DNA of 64,000 nucleotides from a bacterium (GTDB lineage Bacteria; Patescibacteriota; Minisyncoccia; Phycocordibacterales; UBA6899): assembly GCA_043743715.1 (NCBI GenBank), contig JAYTWK010000055.1, positions 10,242-74,241 on the forward strand, read 5' to 3'. The translations under genes and the position numbers were made by a program. Of the stretch, positions 28,587 through 37,107 are shown in pieces; the stretch's first letter is position 1; every line of letters begins with the position of its first letter. Under the pieces are notes generated by a model. It did no database searches and was not told the origin of the DNA. It saw nothing but the letters and a program-made list of their open reading frames with translations.

Positions 28587-29646
28587 GGTCGTTTTGATCT
28601 ATAACTTTTATATAACCGTCTCTGAACGCCTCTGTTTCTTTGAGAAAAAGTGCTTTGCTGTAATACCTCACTCCGCGCGATTCATCGACAAATGTCCCGC
28701 CGAAGCCGCGTTTGAAGCGGGCGATGTTCTTGATCTTATCGTCAGTAATATATCCGAACTGTGCTGAAGGATTAGCAGGCTGTCCGACATCTATCCATTT
28801 CACTCCCTTGTTTTGAAAATATTCCATCGCACTCCACATGAGGATGTGATAGAGCGGGAGATGAGTCATCTCTGGGTCAGCTGCGGCGGATGCATAAACC
28901 GCCTTATCCTCGTACATCTCATAGTATGCATAGGCGATAACTTTCCCTTTGTATCTGACCCCACAGAGTATCGCATTGCCGTCGGTGAGTTTTTTGTATT
29001 GTGAGTCGAACGAATCTTTTGAGCGAGTCACACGACCAGCGTCAATACGATGCAGTTCACGGTATTCTTCGTGCAGGTCATAATCCGAATGCATCTTATC
29101 GACAACAAACCGCACGTAGTCAGGATTTTTGAGTACGGTTTTAATATCCGAACGGTGTCCCCTTCGGGAGTGCCTAAGGAGATCGCCCGGGAGTGTAAGG
29201 TCGATGAGATAGGTGAGGAATGAATCATCAAGGTAATCGTGCGCGAGCAAGAAGTTGTACGGATACGATGCTTTGAGGAGCGGATCGATAACGAACATAG
29301 TCTTGGCTACGTTTTGCGTGCGGGCTACTTTGTCTATATAACCCATCAACTCTTTACGTGCAAAGTCACTGGTGAAGAGCGGTGCCATGGTATGTCTTCC
29401 ACTGAAACTGATGCTGCGCACTCCGTCTTTTTCTTCTATTGGTAAGAATACCGCGCCGACCGGTTCGTTGTTTTGAATAACTACTGCACTTTCATCAACT
29501 TTCAGTAATTCGCGGCTTTCCGACATCTCGATAAAATTCCGTATCGCGCTCTGCATGTATCTGGGGCCTGCTGATGTGCGCAGGACGAGTGTATCCCAAT
29601 GCTTCCAGAATATTTCCTCCTGCTCTTTCTTTTTTATGAGTTCCAT
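28567..29646 (-). CDS. FemAB-like/GNAT-fold acyltransferase family protein.
   Basis: The ORF is open to 29715, but the likely start is MELIKKK at 29646. The C-terminal half (AILCGVRYKGKVIAYAYYEMYEDKAVYASAAADPEM...LYHILMWSAMEYFQNKGVKWIDVGQ) resembles FemAB/BioF2-like acyltransferase domains. Confidence 0.4.
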   Translation of the reverse strand: MELIKKKEQEEIFWKHWDTLVLRTSAGPRYMQSAIRNFIEMSESRELLKVDESAVVIQNNEPVGAVFLPIEEKDGVRSISFSGRHTMAPLFTSDFARKELMGYIDKVARTQNVAKTMFVIDPLLKASYPYNFLLAHDYLDDSFLTYLIDLTLPGDLLRHSRRGHRSDIKTVLKNPDYVRFVVDKMHSDYDLHEEYRELHRIDAGRVTRSKDSFDSQYKKLTDGNAILCGVRYKGKVIAYAYYEMYEDKAVYASAAADPEMTHLPLYHILMWSAMEYFQNKGVKWIDVGQPANPSAQFGYITDDKIKNIARFKRGFGGTFVDESRGVRYYSKALFLKETEAFRDGYIKVIDQNDHVQETE

Positions 29647-29662
29647 ATGATTATGCGTTTGG

Positions 29663-31453
29663 TTATCCGTGAGTGATCTGCTGCATCTTTGCCAAATATG
29701 AATCGGGACGGGCAAGCAATGCTTTAGGATTACCCTCTTCGAGTACCTTACCGCCGCCTAAGGTGATGATACGATCAGCATCAAGCACCGTCGAGATTCG
29801 ATGCGCGATTGCAAGTACGGTTACTTTTCCTCTCATATTTTCCATCGCCTCTTTCACTTGAGCCTCAGATTCATTATCAAGCGCACTGGTCGCTTCGTCA
29901 AAAATAACGATCTCTGGTTTTCGGGCAAGCGCCATAGCGATACCGATACGCTGCTTCTGCCCACCCGAAAGCATCACGCCTCGTTCGCCGACCTCTGTGT
30001 CCCATTTTTCGGGAAGCTCCTCGATAAAATCATAGATATTAGCGAGTTTTGCTGCCTCCTTCATTGCATCATCGGTAACTGACTCGTCATAAAATCTGAT
30101 ATTTTCTCGGATACTCCCGTTCAAGAGGAACACTTCCTGTGGAACATAACCGATATGCGTGTGCCATTCTTTCTGAATAATCTGACTACTCTCAACTCCA
30201 TCGAGGAATATTCCCCCACTGCGAGTTTGAAACAGTCGCAGCAAGAGGTCAACGAGAGTTGTCTTGCCTGCGCCCGAAGAACCGACGATACCGACCAACT
30301 CTCCTTTTTTTATAGAGAAAGATAATCCATTGAATATTTCTTTTCCATTTTCATACGCAAAATGTACGTCACGAAACTCGAGTTTACTATTGAATACAAA
30401 TGGTGCTGTTCCAATCTGCAGATCCTTGTTCTTTTTTGCGATATCGCTATAGTGCAGCACCATACGAGCATACGGAGCGTACTCGCGCACTGAAAAGACG
30501 TAACTTTGAACTTGAATGAGGTAAGAAAATATCTGTTTAATGACGTATATGATTGCCGCAAGCGATGCCAGATTGAAACCTGGGATCTTGCGTGCAAATA
30601 AAAGTACAGCGACCACAAGTGCTACAGAAATTGGTTCAAGCATCGCACCAGGAACGGCGATACTCATGCGAATTTTTAAACTCTCACGAGTAACGTTTTC
30701 AAAAAGCGGCCTTGCCCGTTGGGCCACATCGCTTTCGACACCTCGTGCTTTGATGATCTTCATTGCGAGAATACTCTCATTGATATGGTGCGCGATCTCG
30801 CGATAAATCTCCTCAACCCGCATCGAAAGGCGCTCTACCTTCCTTGGAAACATCCGCATGAGTCCAAATGCAACAACAACAGTCGCAAGTATCGAGAGAG
30901 TGATCCTTGAGGAAATATTAAATGCGATGATGCTATATGCGATGATGGTCGTGATGGTCATGAGCGCAGCGCTTGTCTGTTCAAGCAGCATTCCTGTTTT
31001 TTCAATATTTTTAACCATGACTGTTTCAACGTGCCCAAGCTTTTGCGTCAGCAAATACTGCCAATTCGACATGAGTACGTCTTTAAGCAGTGCGAGACGG
31101 GTCCTTTCCTGATACAGGAGCGTCGCACGATAATTCACATATGTTGCCAGTAATGTCGATAAAGTTTTTAGTATGAACAAGGAAAGGATAAAAAAAATCA
31201 CATAGCGAAAGGTAAAAGGAATCCCAAAAAATGAGAAGAACTGCATGAGATGGACTGAGATGATGTCTGTCCCAGGAGTACCACTCCCTGTCATGAATGA
31301 GAAGAGAGGTATGACCGTTGATACGCCGATACCGCCCAATAGTCCATTTACGAAACCGAGTACGGTAAGCAGCGCGATCTGTCGCTTATACGAGCCAAAC
31401 GAGCGCGAAAAGATGGAAAAAAAATCCCTAAGTGATATTGCCTGTGACTCCAT
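29663..31453 (-). CDS. ABC transporter, fused permease and ATPase (MsbA/exporter type).
   Basis: 596 aa. Six N-terminal TM helices. Walker A GSSGAGKTT, signature LSGGQKQRIGIAMAL, Walker B IVIFDEATSALD. Confidence 0.85.
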   Translation of the reverse strand: MESQAISLRDFFSIFSRSFGSYKRQIALLTVLGFVNGLLGGIGVSTVIPLFSFMTGSGTPGTDIISVHLMQFFSFFGIPFTFRYVIFFILSLFILKTLSTLLATYVNYRATLLYQERTRLALLKDVLMSNWQYLLTQKLGHVETVMVKNIEKTGMLLEQTSAALMTITTIIAYSIIAFNISSRITLSILATVVVAFGLMRMFPRKVERLSMRVEEIYREIAHHINESILAMKIIKARGVESDVAQRARPLFENVTRESLKIRMSIAVPGAMLEPISVALVVAVLLFARKIPGFNLASLAAIIYVIKQIFSYLIQVQSYVFSVREYAPYARMVLHYSDIAKKNKDLQIGTAPFVFNSKLEFRDVHFAYENGKEIFNGLSFSIKKGELVGIVGSSGAGKTTLVDLLLRLFQTRSGGIFLDGVESSQIIQKEWHTHIGYVPQEVFLLNGSIRENIRFYDESVTDDAMKEAAKLANIYDFIEELPEKWDTEVGERGVMLSGGQKQRIGIAMALARKPEIVIFDEATSALDNESEAQVKEAMENMRGKVTVLAIAHRISTVLDADRIITLGGGKVLEEGNPKALLARPDSYLAKMQQITHG

Positions 31454-31496
31454 AGACTCTAGTATAACCTGATATGGAGGCGAAAAGTCTCACCGT

Positions 31497-32114
31497 TTAT
31501 GGCTTTTGTAAAAAGTATATTTCTATATCTAAAGATCCTGACCTTTTTGATATACTAAAGAGCTTATTCCATTTTTCACAAATCCTCTGCATTTCTCTTT
31601 CAGATATTTTGAGATTTTTCCTTCTCCTTATGACATCGCCTATCCTTTCCTTCAGAGTGATCCTATGTGCCCTTACTGAAATCACCGCAATTCCATTTTT
31701 ATTGAGTAGTGAAAATATTTTATCGATATTTTTTTGACTAGGGCGATCATACATTCCTGTGACAAAATCAATGATCACATCAAAGGTTTTTTGAGACTGG
31801 AAATCTTCAAAAAGGACAGCAGTAAACTCGTGCTCAGGATTCAGTTTCCTTGCCACGTTCACCATTTTCTCACTCCAATCAATGCCGGTGAAATGATCGA
31901 GGTTTTTTAGGAGTTTGAGATACCCAGCTGTACCACAACCGATCTCGAGAAGATTATATTTTTCCAAAAGTCCATCTATGACCAAGTACGGCAAATGACT
32001 TTCCCTATAATCAAATCCTGCTGAAAGATGAGACTTTGTGTAGTATGCAACCCACTCATCTTCACTTTGGAATTGGGATGGAATCAGTTTTTGTTCAGCG
32101 TGATGTTCATTCAT
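31497..32114 (-). CDS. Class I SAM-dependent methyltransferase.
   Basis: 205 aa. LLEIGCGTAGYLKLL. Confidence 0.6.
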   Translation of the reverse strand: MNEHHAEQKLIPSQFQSEDEWVAYYTKSHLSAGFDYRESHLPYLVIDGLLEKYNLLEIGCGTAGYLKLLKNLDHFTGIDWSEKMVNVARKLNPEHEFTAVLFEDFQSQKTFDVIIDFVTGMYDRPSQKNIDKIFSLLNKNGIAVISVRAHRITLKERIGDVIRRRKNLKISEREMQRICEKWNKLFSISKRSGSLDIEIYFLQKP

Positions 32115-32197
32115 GTGCGGAATGTTTTTTACACTTGCATAGTAGCAAGTAAGTACCCTCGGAGCAAGCGAAGCACGACACTACGCAGACAAATAGA

Positions 32198-33958
32198 TCA
32201 TTTCGGTTGAGTGGCGTAGATGTAGACACCACTCAAAATTGTCGCAGGAGAAATGTCCGACAACTCCTTGAGAACTGTACCTGTCAACTCAGTTGAGGAA
32301 AATATATAATCCACGCGATACTCCTTCAATTGGGTCTCAAGATCGCTTTTCAAAAATTCTTTATACTGGCGACTTACATCTTCCAAATGTCCTGTGAGCC
32401 ATGCATCTCTTGTGATACTAAATGCCTGTGTCCAATTCTCGGAATACATTGAGCGTACTTCCCCGTCATGAGTATCAAGAAACTTATCGATTCCCTCTGC
32501 GGTCACCCCATTCATGCGAAGACTAAGTAGGTAATTGTGGAGTAGTCGATCTTCGGGTATGCCATAAAATGCATAGCCCGAGGAGTAGACGTCGCATCGC
32601 GTATAAGCCGGGATGAGACGCTCGAGCGTTTTGTCGAAGTCGGTTACGAGTACGACACAATCTTTTTGAGGCAAGTGATTGAGAAATGCGAGCGCAGGAG
32701 CTGATTGTTGTAATTTTTTAAAATCTGAAATGCGATACATATAACTTCCTGCTGAGCTCACTCCTGAATACAGAGCAATGAGACTGATGAGTAGCACTCC
32801 ATATATCCATAACCGTGGAAAAAGATTTCTCCACACAAGATATGAGGTGGTGAAGAACATTATAAAACAGAACGGGATTGTGTACTGAACAAAATGATAC
32901 GGCCAAATTTCACGACCAGTGATCACTTGCTCATTAAATACCATCCATGATGCGAGCATAAGCGTGAAGATGAAAGACCAGGCATGCACATGTGGAGAAA
33001 AGATTTCTTTCTTTTTCTTGAATACATATGCGTAGAAAAAACTGAATACCACAAAGATTGAGGTCGCGATCAATAGTTTGTTCCACATTGGAGCATGAGT
33101 AAAAAACATACCATTGCGCCCTTCAAGCTTTCTTCCCGCCTCCCCTCCGAGCGCATGTAGAGTTTGATACCAATATGGTGCTTGGAGGAGGAGCGTGATG
33201 AAGAGTACTGAGAGAACCCGCTTTGCCTCTGTCCACTTTTTTTGAAATAAAAAGACTACGATGCATGCAGCAAGAAGTGAGAGCGAAATCGCAAGACTGA
33301 AGAAATAACCGACCGTACCTGCAGCAAGTATCCCCGCGAGCACAATATCGCTTTTGCGTCCTTTTTCTACGACATTCCAAAGAGAGACAAGCAAGCCAAA
33401 CACCAGTAAACTACCGGTAATAGGGTTCACCAACCGCGTCCAAAGTATCAAGTGTGTTGTATGAATGCTGCCCGAAAGAAGTCCTTTCAGGTAATGAATG
33501 TCTATCAGCTCCATCCCAAGCGTCACCATAAGTCCAATAGCAATGGCATTTGCAATAGCAGCATAACCTTCTCCTCCTGTGAGTTTTCGTATAAAAAGAT
33601 AGACTAGGAAAAACAGTAGCGCTGGAAATAAAAATTTACTCGCGATAATTACACAGGCAAGCCCGAAAACAAGCGCGGGTATCGCATAAAAATAATCTCC
33701 GATCGGATAGACAATCGCCGGTGAATCTTTGTACTCGTAGAGATGCGGAGAAGTTACCATTGGGTGTCCGTCGAGTACTTCGTGTATGAGTGAACGATAG
33801 GTCAGCTCGTCATCGATGTACAGAAATTCAAGACCCTTATAGCCCCCTCCGAGCGCAAGCGGTGCAAGGAATTGCGGAAGGACACAGAGTGTTCCGACAA
33901 CAATCGAACATGCAAGTGCGATCCCGTGCCGTGATACATATCTTCGCAATCGTTCCAT
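32198..33958 (-). CDS. Large polytopic membrane protein, GT-C-fold glycosyltransferase-like. Paralog of 39992-41779.
   Basis: 586 aa. More than 10 TM helices then a ~200-aa soluble C-terminal domain. The first extracytoplasmic loop carries FLYIDDELTYRSLIHEVLDGHP...YPIGDYFYAIP, alignable with the YIDD loop of the other large membrane protein. Confidence 0.4.
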   Translation of the reverse strand: MERLRRYVSRHGIALACSIVVGTLCVLPQFLAPLALGGGYKGLEFLYIDDELTYRSLIHEVLDGHPMVTSPHLYEYKDSPAIVYPIGDYFYAIPALVFGLACVIIASKFLFPALLFFLVYLFIRKLTGGEGYAAIANAIAIGLMVTLGMELIDIHYLKGLLSGSIHTTHLILWTRLVNPITGSLLVFGLLVSLWNVVEKGRKSDIVLAGILAAGTVGYFFSLAISLSLLAACIVVFLFQKKWTEAKRVLSVLFITLLLQAPYWYQTLHALGGEAGRKLEGRNGMFFTHAPMWNKLLIATSIFVVFSFFYAYVFKKKKEIFSPHVHAWSFIFTLMLASWMVFNEQVITGREIWPYHFVQYTIPFCFIMFFTTSYLVWRNLFPRLWIYGVLLISLIALYSGVSSAGSYMYRISDFKKLQQSAPALAFLNHLPQKDCVVLVTDFDKTLERLIPAYTRCDVYSSGYAFYGIPEDRLLHNYLLSLRMNGVTAEGIDKFLDTHDGEVRSMYSENWTQAFSITRDAWLTGHLEDVSRQYKEFLKSDLETQLKEYRVDYIFSSTELTGTVLKELSDISPATILSGVYIYATQPK

Positions 33959-33959
33959 A

Positions 33960-34721
33960 CTATTTCTTTTTTACAACACAATAAAGTAACGCAGCAACAG
34001 TATCACTTTCTGGCCAATGATTGAAAATGATGTCGGGTAATTTTATTGGAAAGGTCAGGAACATGACAAGATTAAGTAGAAGTGAATAGAGTTGTGGCGA
34101 GCCAAAAGAGAAGATGGCAGCAAACATATGATTTAGATGTGCATTGAGAGCAGAGAAAGGACCAGCACGCACTCCGATCTCAATCACTTCAAAATCTGCG
34201 AAAAGTTCAAGTGCTCCTTGTTTTGAAAAACGAAAATAATCTGATGGAGAAGAGTGGAATGGATAGAGAAATGGCATTACAACATATGCAGTACCCCCAC
34301 TCTTAAGTAGACGGTACATTTCTTTTACTGCAACACGTGGGTCGCGCAAATGTTCCAGAACCGTGTCGGAAATGATGAGTGAAACACTTCCATCAGAAAG
34401 TGGTATCGAGTGTACATCAGCAACGATCTTTACTCCTTTGTATGGATGAATATCAACATTGACCACATCAGGACGAACAAGTTTTGGGCCTGAGCCAATA
34501 TTCAGTATCATTCCATCTTGTTGATACTTATCAAGATACGATCTTGCAGATAGACCTCCAAAAAAAAGAGGGCCAAAAGTGACACCGATGAAATAATAGA
34601 ACTTCGGCCAACGCTTGAAGAAATCGCGAATATCTTCGGTTTGAGTTTCTCGATCACTATTCATATCAAGATTTAATGGCCCTAAGGATCCACCCGGAAT
34701 TGTTCGGCGGAGGATTGACAC
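33960..34721 (-). CDS. Class I SAM-dependent methyltransferase.
   Basis: 253 aa. ILNIGSGPK...VNVDIHP...DTVLEHLRDP. Confidence 0.65.
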   Translation of the reverse strand: MSILRRTIPGGSLGPLNLDMNSDRETQTEDIRDFFKRWPKFYYFIGVTFGPLFFGGLSARSYLDKYQQDGMILNIGSGPKLVRPDVVNVDIHPYKGVKIVADVHSIPLSDGSVSLIISDTVLEHLRDPRVAVKEMYRLLKSGGTAYVVMPFLYPFHSSPSDYFRFSKQGALELFADFEVIEIGVRAGPFSALNAHLNHMFAAIFSFGSPQLYSLLLNLVMFLTFPIKLPDIIFNHWPESDTVAALLYCVVKKK

Positions 34722-35433
34722 TTATATCGCTAAGTGGGAGACCTTGAGTAAGTGCAGCCACTTCTTCTTTTTTCCAATAATTCGCTACATCAGGAATGAG
34801 CTGATCAAACACGATACTATGAATATGCCAAAAATCGAACGTGGAAAGTTGTTTGAGGTATTCACTAGGTCCACGGAACATCTTTACAAAGAGAAAAAGT
34901 GGGATCGAACAAAAATACGATAAGAAATGTACGACTGAAGGTGGTAGTTTTGAAGTGATATGAAGCCGAACAGGATCTACGTACTTCACGATCCATTCAT
35001 TCCCCTCGTAACCGTACACCCAAAGGAGGAGCTTCCCTCCCGGCTTAAGAGCATTCACCATGTTCTTCACCGCAAGTTTAGGATCCTTTAAGTGGTGAAT
35101 AACGCCTATGGAGAAAGCAATATCGAATTCGTACTTCCAGTCTATTTCGTAAACACTTTTGAACAGCACCTGCGAAGCTGGAAAGTCCTTGAGTGTTTCC
35201 TTGGCACGTGCGACCGAACGTTCATCGTAGTCGAATGCGATACCGGATGCAGCGCCCCATTTCATCGGCCAAAGACTATTACGCCCCATGCCGCAGCCAA
35301 CATCGAGAATGCGCTTCCCTTTCCAGTCATCCGGGGTCATGGGACTGGTCCAGTTGCGGAACTGCCCTTCATAGTTCTCATCGACCCATGAATATTTGTC
35401 CCATTCATAGCCAAAACGGTTTTGCGAAGACAT
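34666..35433 (-). CDS. Class I SAM-dependent methyltransferase.
   Basis: 255 aa. RILDVGCGMGRNSLW, AFDYDERSV. Confidence 0.65.
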   Translation of the reverse strand: MSSQNRFGYEWDKYSWVDENYEGQFRNWTSPMTPDDWKGKRILDVGCGMGRNSLWPMKWGAASGIAFDYDERSVARAKETLKDFPASQVLFKSVYEIDWKYEFDIAFSIGVIHHLKDPKLAVKNMVNALKPGGKLLLWVYGYEGNEWIVKYVDPVRLHITSKLPPSVVHFLSYFCSIPLFLFVKMFRGPSEYLKQLSTFDFWHIHSIVFDQLIPDVANYWKKEEVAALTQGLPLSDISVNPPPNNSGWILRAIKS

Positions 35434-35537
35434 AAGTTCACCTAGTGTATCAGCACGATTTGGCTAAAACAAGCCGAAAAAATATTAGACAAACGGTAGG
35501 ATTTTGCCCCGCGCATGCATTCTGATAGACTCTGAGA

Positions 35538-36263
35538 GTGAAAAGTGTCCATTATGAAACCCTCTACAGCCACGAAGTGAAGCACTGGTGGTATGCCGTC
35601 AGGCGCTGCTTGGTGCACAATCTCATTCGTACCTATACCAATGGGTCTGATCTCGCAATTCTCGACATCGGCTGCGGCACCGGGGCGCTTACCAAAGAAC
35701 TCGAACGCTACGGCACTGCGACTGGCATTGATTTCTCGCAGCAAGCGGTCGATTTTTGTAAGTCACGCGGGGTGAAGGACGTGCGCCTTGGCAGTGTGGA
35801 GGAGACAGGCTGTCCTCCCGATTCATTCGATGCGGTGCTTTGTCTTGATGTACTCGAACACCTGCCGGACGACGAGACCGGCATGACTGAGATCTATCGT
35901 GTACTCAAACCGGGCGGGACAGCGATTATCTTTGTACCGACATTCCAGTCACTATGGAGCGTGACCGATAATGTGAGTCAGCACTATCGACGCTATCGGC
36001 TACCGATACTCGTCGAGAAATTTGAGCGACTGGGTTTCACTACCCTACGCAGAAGTTACTTCAATACGTTTCTCTTCCCGCTCATTGCACTTGTACGCAT
36101 CAGCGTGAGACTACTTGGTATCAAAATGGAATCTGAGGCAGAGACCGGAGACGGCCTGGTCAATAAAATATTATTTGTGATATTCGATCTTGAACGCAGA
36201 TGTCTCAAATTTATGAACTTCCCATTCGGAGTTTCAGGAATGATTATTGCCAAAAAGAAATAG
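35538..36263 (+). CDS. Class I SAM-dependent methyltransferase.
   Basis: 241 aa. ILDIGCGTGALTKEL, GIDFSQQAV, LDVLEHLPDD. Confidence 0.7.
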   Translation: MKSVHYETLYSHEVKHWWYAVRRCLVHNLIRTYTNGSDLAILDIGCGTGALTKELERYGTATGIDFSQQAVDFCKSRGVKDVRLGSVEETGCPPDSFDAVLCLDVLEHLPDDETGMTEIYRVLKPGGTAIIFVPTFQSLWSVTDNVSQHYRRYRLPILVEKFERLGFTTLRRSYFNTFLFPLIALVRISVRLLGIKMESEAETGDGLVNKILFVIFDLERRCLKFMNFPFGVSGMIIAKKK

Positions 36264-36305
36264 GCAGGTTGCTCTTAACTCTGTCCCCCGTTTATTCTTT
36301 TCATC

Positions 36306-36343
36306 ATATTCGCTAATTTGTGCGATAGAACAAATTAGCGAAT
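36306..36343. promoter_or_regulatory. Palindromic operator-like site 1 (a possible bidirectional hairpin).
   Basis: TATTCGCTAATTTGT-gcgataga-ACAAATTAGCGAATA, a perfect 15-bp inverted repeat. It is near-identical to the site at 36997-37035. Confidence 0.5.
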
Positions 36344-36396
36344 ATGAGTTCAGATTTTATTTTGGGCACATTTCTTACGGAATTCGCATCATTCAC

Positions 36397-36888
36397 TCAG
36401 TCTTCCAAACGGAAGTGTCTCCTGAGCCATTTATCATTCTCAAGTGTATCGACGACCAAATACAACACTTCCTTCCCGATCTTAAAATCTGCCTTAAGTG
36501 TTGCGAGCAGACTTTCGCATGGATACGGATACACCCACACGCTTTTCTGAATTGGGGTGAAATCGAAATACTCAAGAGCATCTCGAAGCTCTCTGCGCAT
36601 GCGCTTTCTGTCTTCCTTGATATCGTAGATTACTACGCGCCACTTTCCATCCCAATGCTTTGGCTTTGTAATTTGACTCATTTCGTACTTCATGCGCGAG
36701 AGAGCATCCTCGCCCATTGTGGTGAGAGCAAGTACCTCATCACCCTTTCTCATTACAATTTTTATGTATCCCTTTTCAATGAGACGGCGCGTTCCGCGAG
36801 AGATATCATAACGCGGATTTGATTTTCGCGAACTACTCAAAGTAGCCCCGAAGTATTTTATAGCACTTGAAGTAATCTGCTCAAGCAC
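36397..36888 (-). CDS. PaaX-like family transcriptional regulator (short form: wHTH plus PaaX_C-like domain).
   Basis: 163 aa. The N-terminal winged-helix-like RRLIEKGYIKIVMRKGDEVLALTTMGEDAL and the C-terminal HWDGKWRVVIYDIKEDRKRMRRELRDALEYFDFTPIQKSVWVYPYP match the PaaX pattern (WdG.W..v.y..pe..R..R..l...L...GF..L..svWv.P). Confidence 0.5.
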   Translation of the reverse strand: MLEQITSSAIKYFGATLSSSRKSNPRYDISRGTRRLIEKGYIKIVMRKGDEVLALTTMGEDALSRMKYEMSQITKPKHWDGKWRVVIYDIKEDRKRMRRELRDALEYFDFTPIQKSVWVYPYPCESLLATLKADFKIGKEVLYLVVDTLENDKWLRRHFRLED

Positions 36889-36996
36889 AACGACTCCAGT
36901 TTGCGCAATGGTCTTTAGGATTATTCCCTGGATATCATTTGTTTCTGTTTGCCCCGTTTGTAATACAACATTTTTCGAATATAAAACGAGTCTATA

Positions 36997-37035
36997 TTAT
37001 TTGCTAATCTGTCCTATCGGACAAATTAGCAAATA
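36997..37035. promoter_or_regulatory. Palindromic operator-like site 2, upstream of the PaaX-like regulator gene.
   Basis: TATTTGCTAATCTGTCC-tatc-GGACAAATTAGCAAATA. It shares the core GCTAAT(T/C)TGT ... ACAAATTAGC with site 1. A T-run follows (GAGTTTTTTTATTTG). Confidence 0.5.
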
Positions 37036-37107
37036 ATATAGACGCTGAGTTTTTTTATTTGCGGACAGGGGTTCAGAAAACGAAAGAGGGCTATATTACA
37101 GGAAATC

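Noticed and set aside
36306-36343. The palindrome considered as a simple bidirectional intrinsic terminator.
   Set aside because: It lacks a clean T-run. A near-identical palindrome recurs upstream of the regulator gene, which argues for a protein-binding operator. A dual role is not excluded.
36397-36888. The block VVIYDIKEDRKRMRRELRDALEYFDF...SVWVYPYP resembles the Cas2 sequence pattern.
   Set aside because: The N-terminal wHTH plus the WDGKW...GF...SVWV.P arrangement fits the PaaX regulator family better. No cas1 or CRISPR array is nearby.
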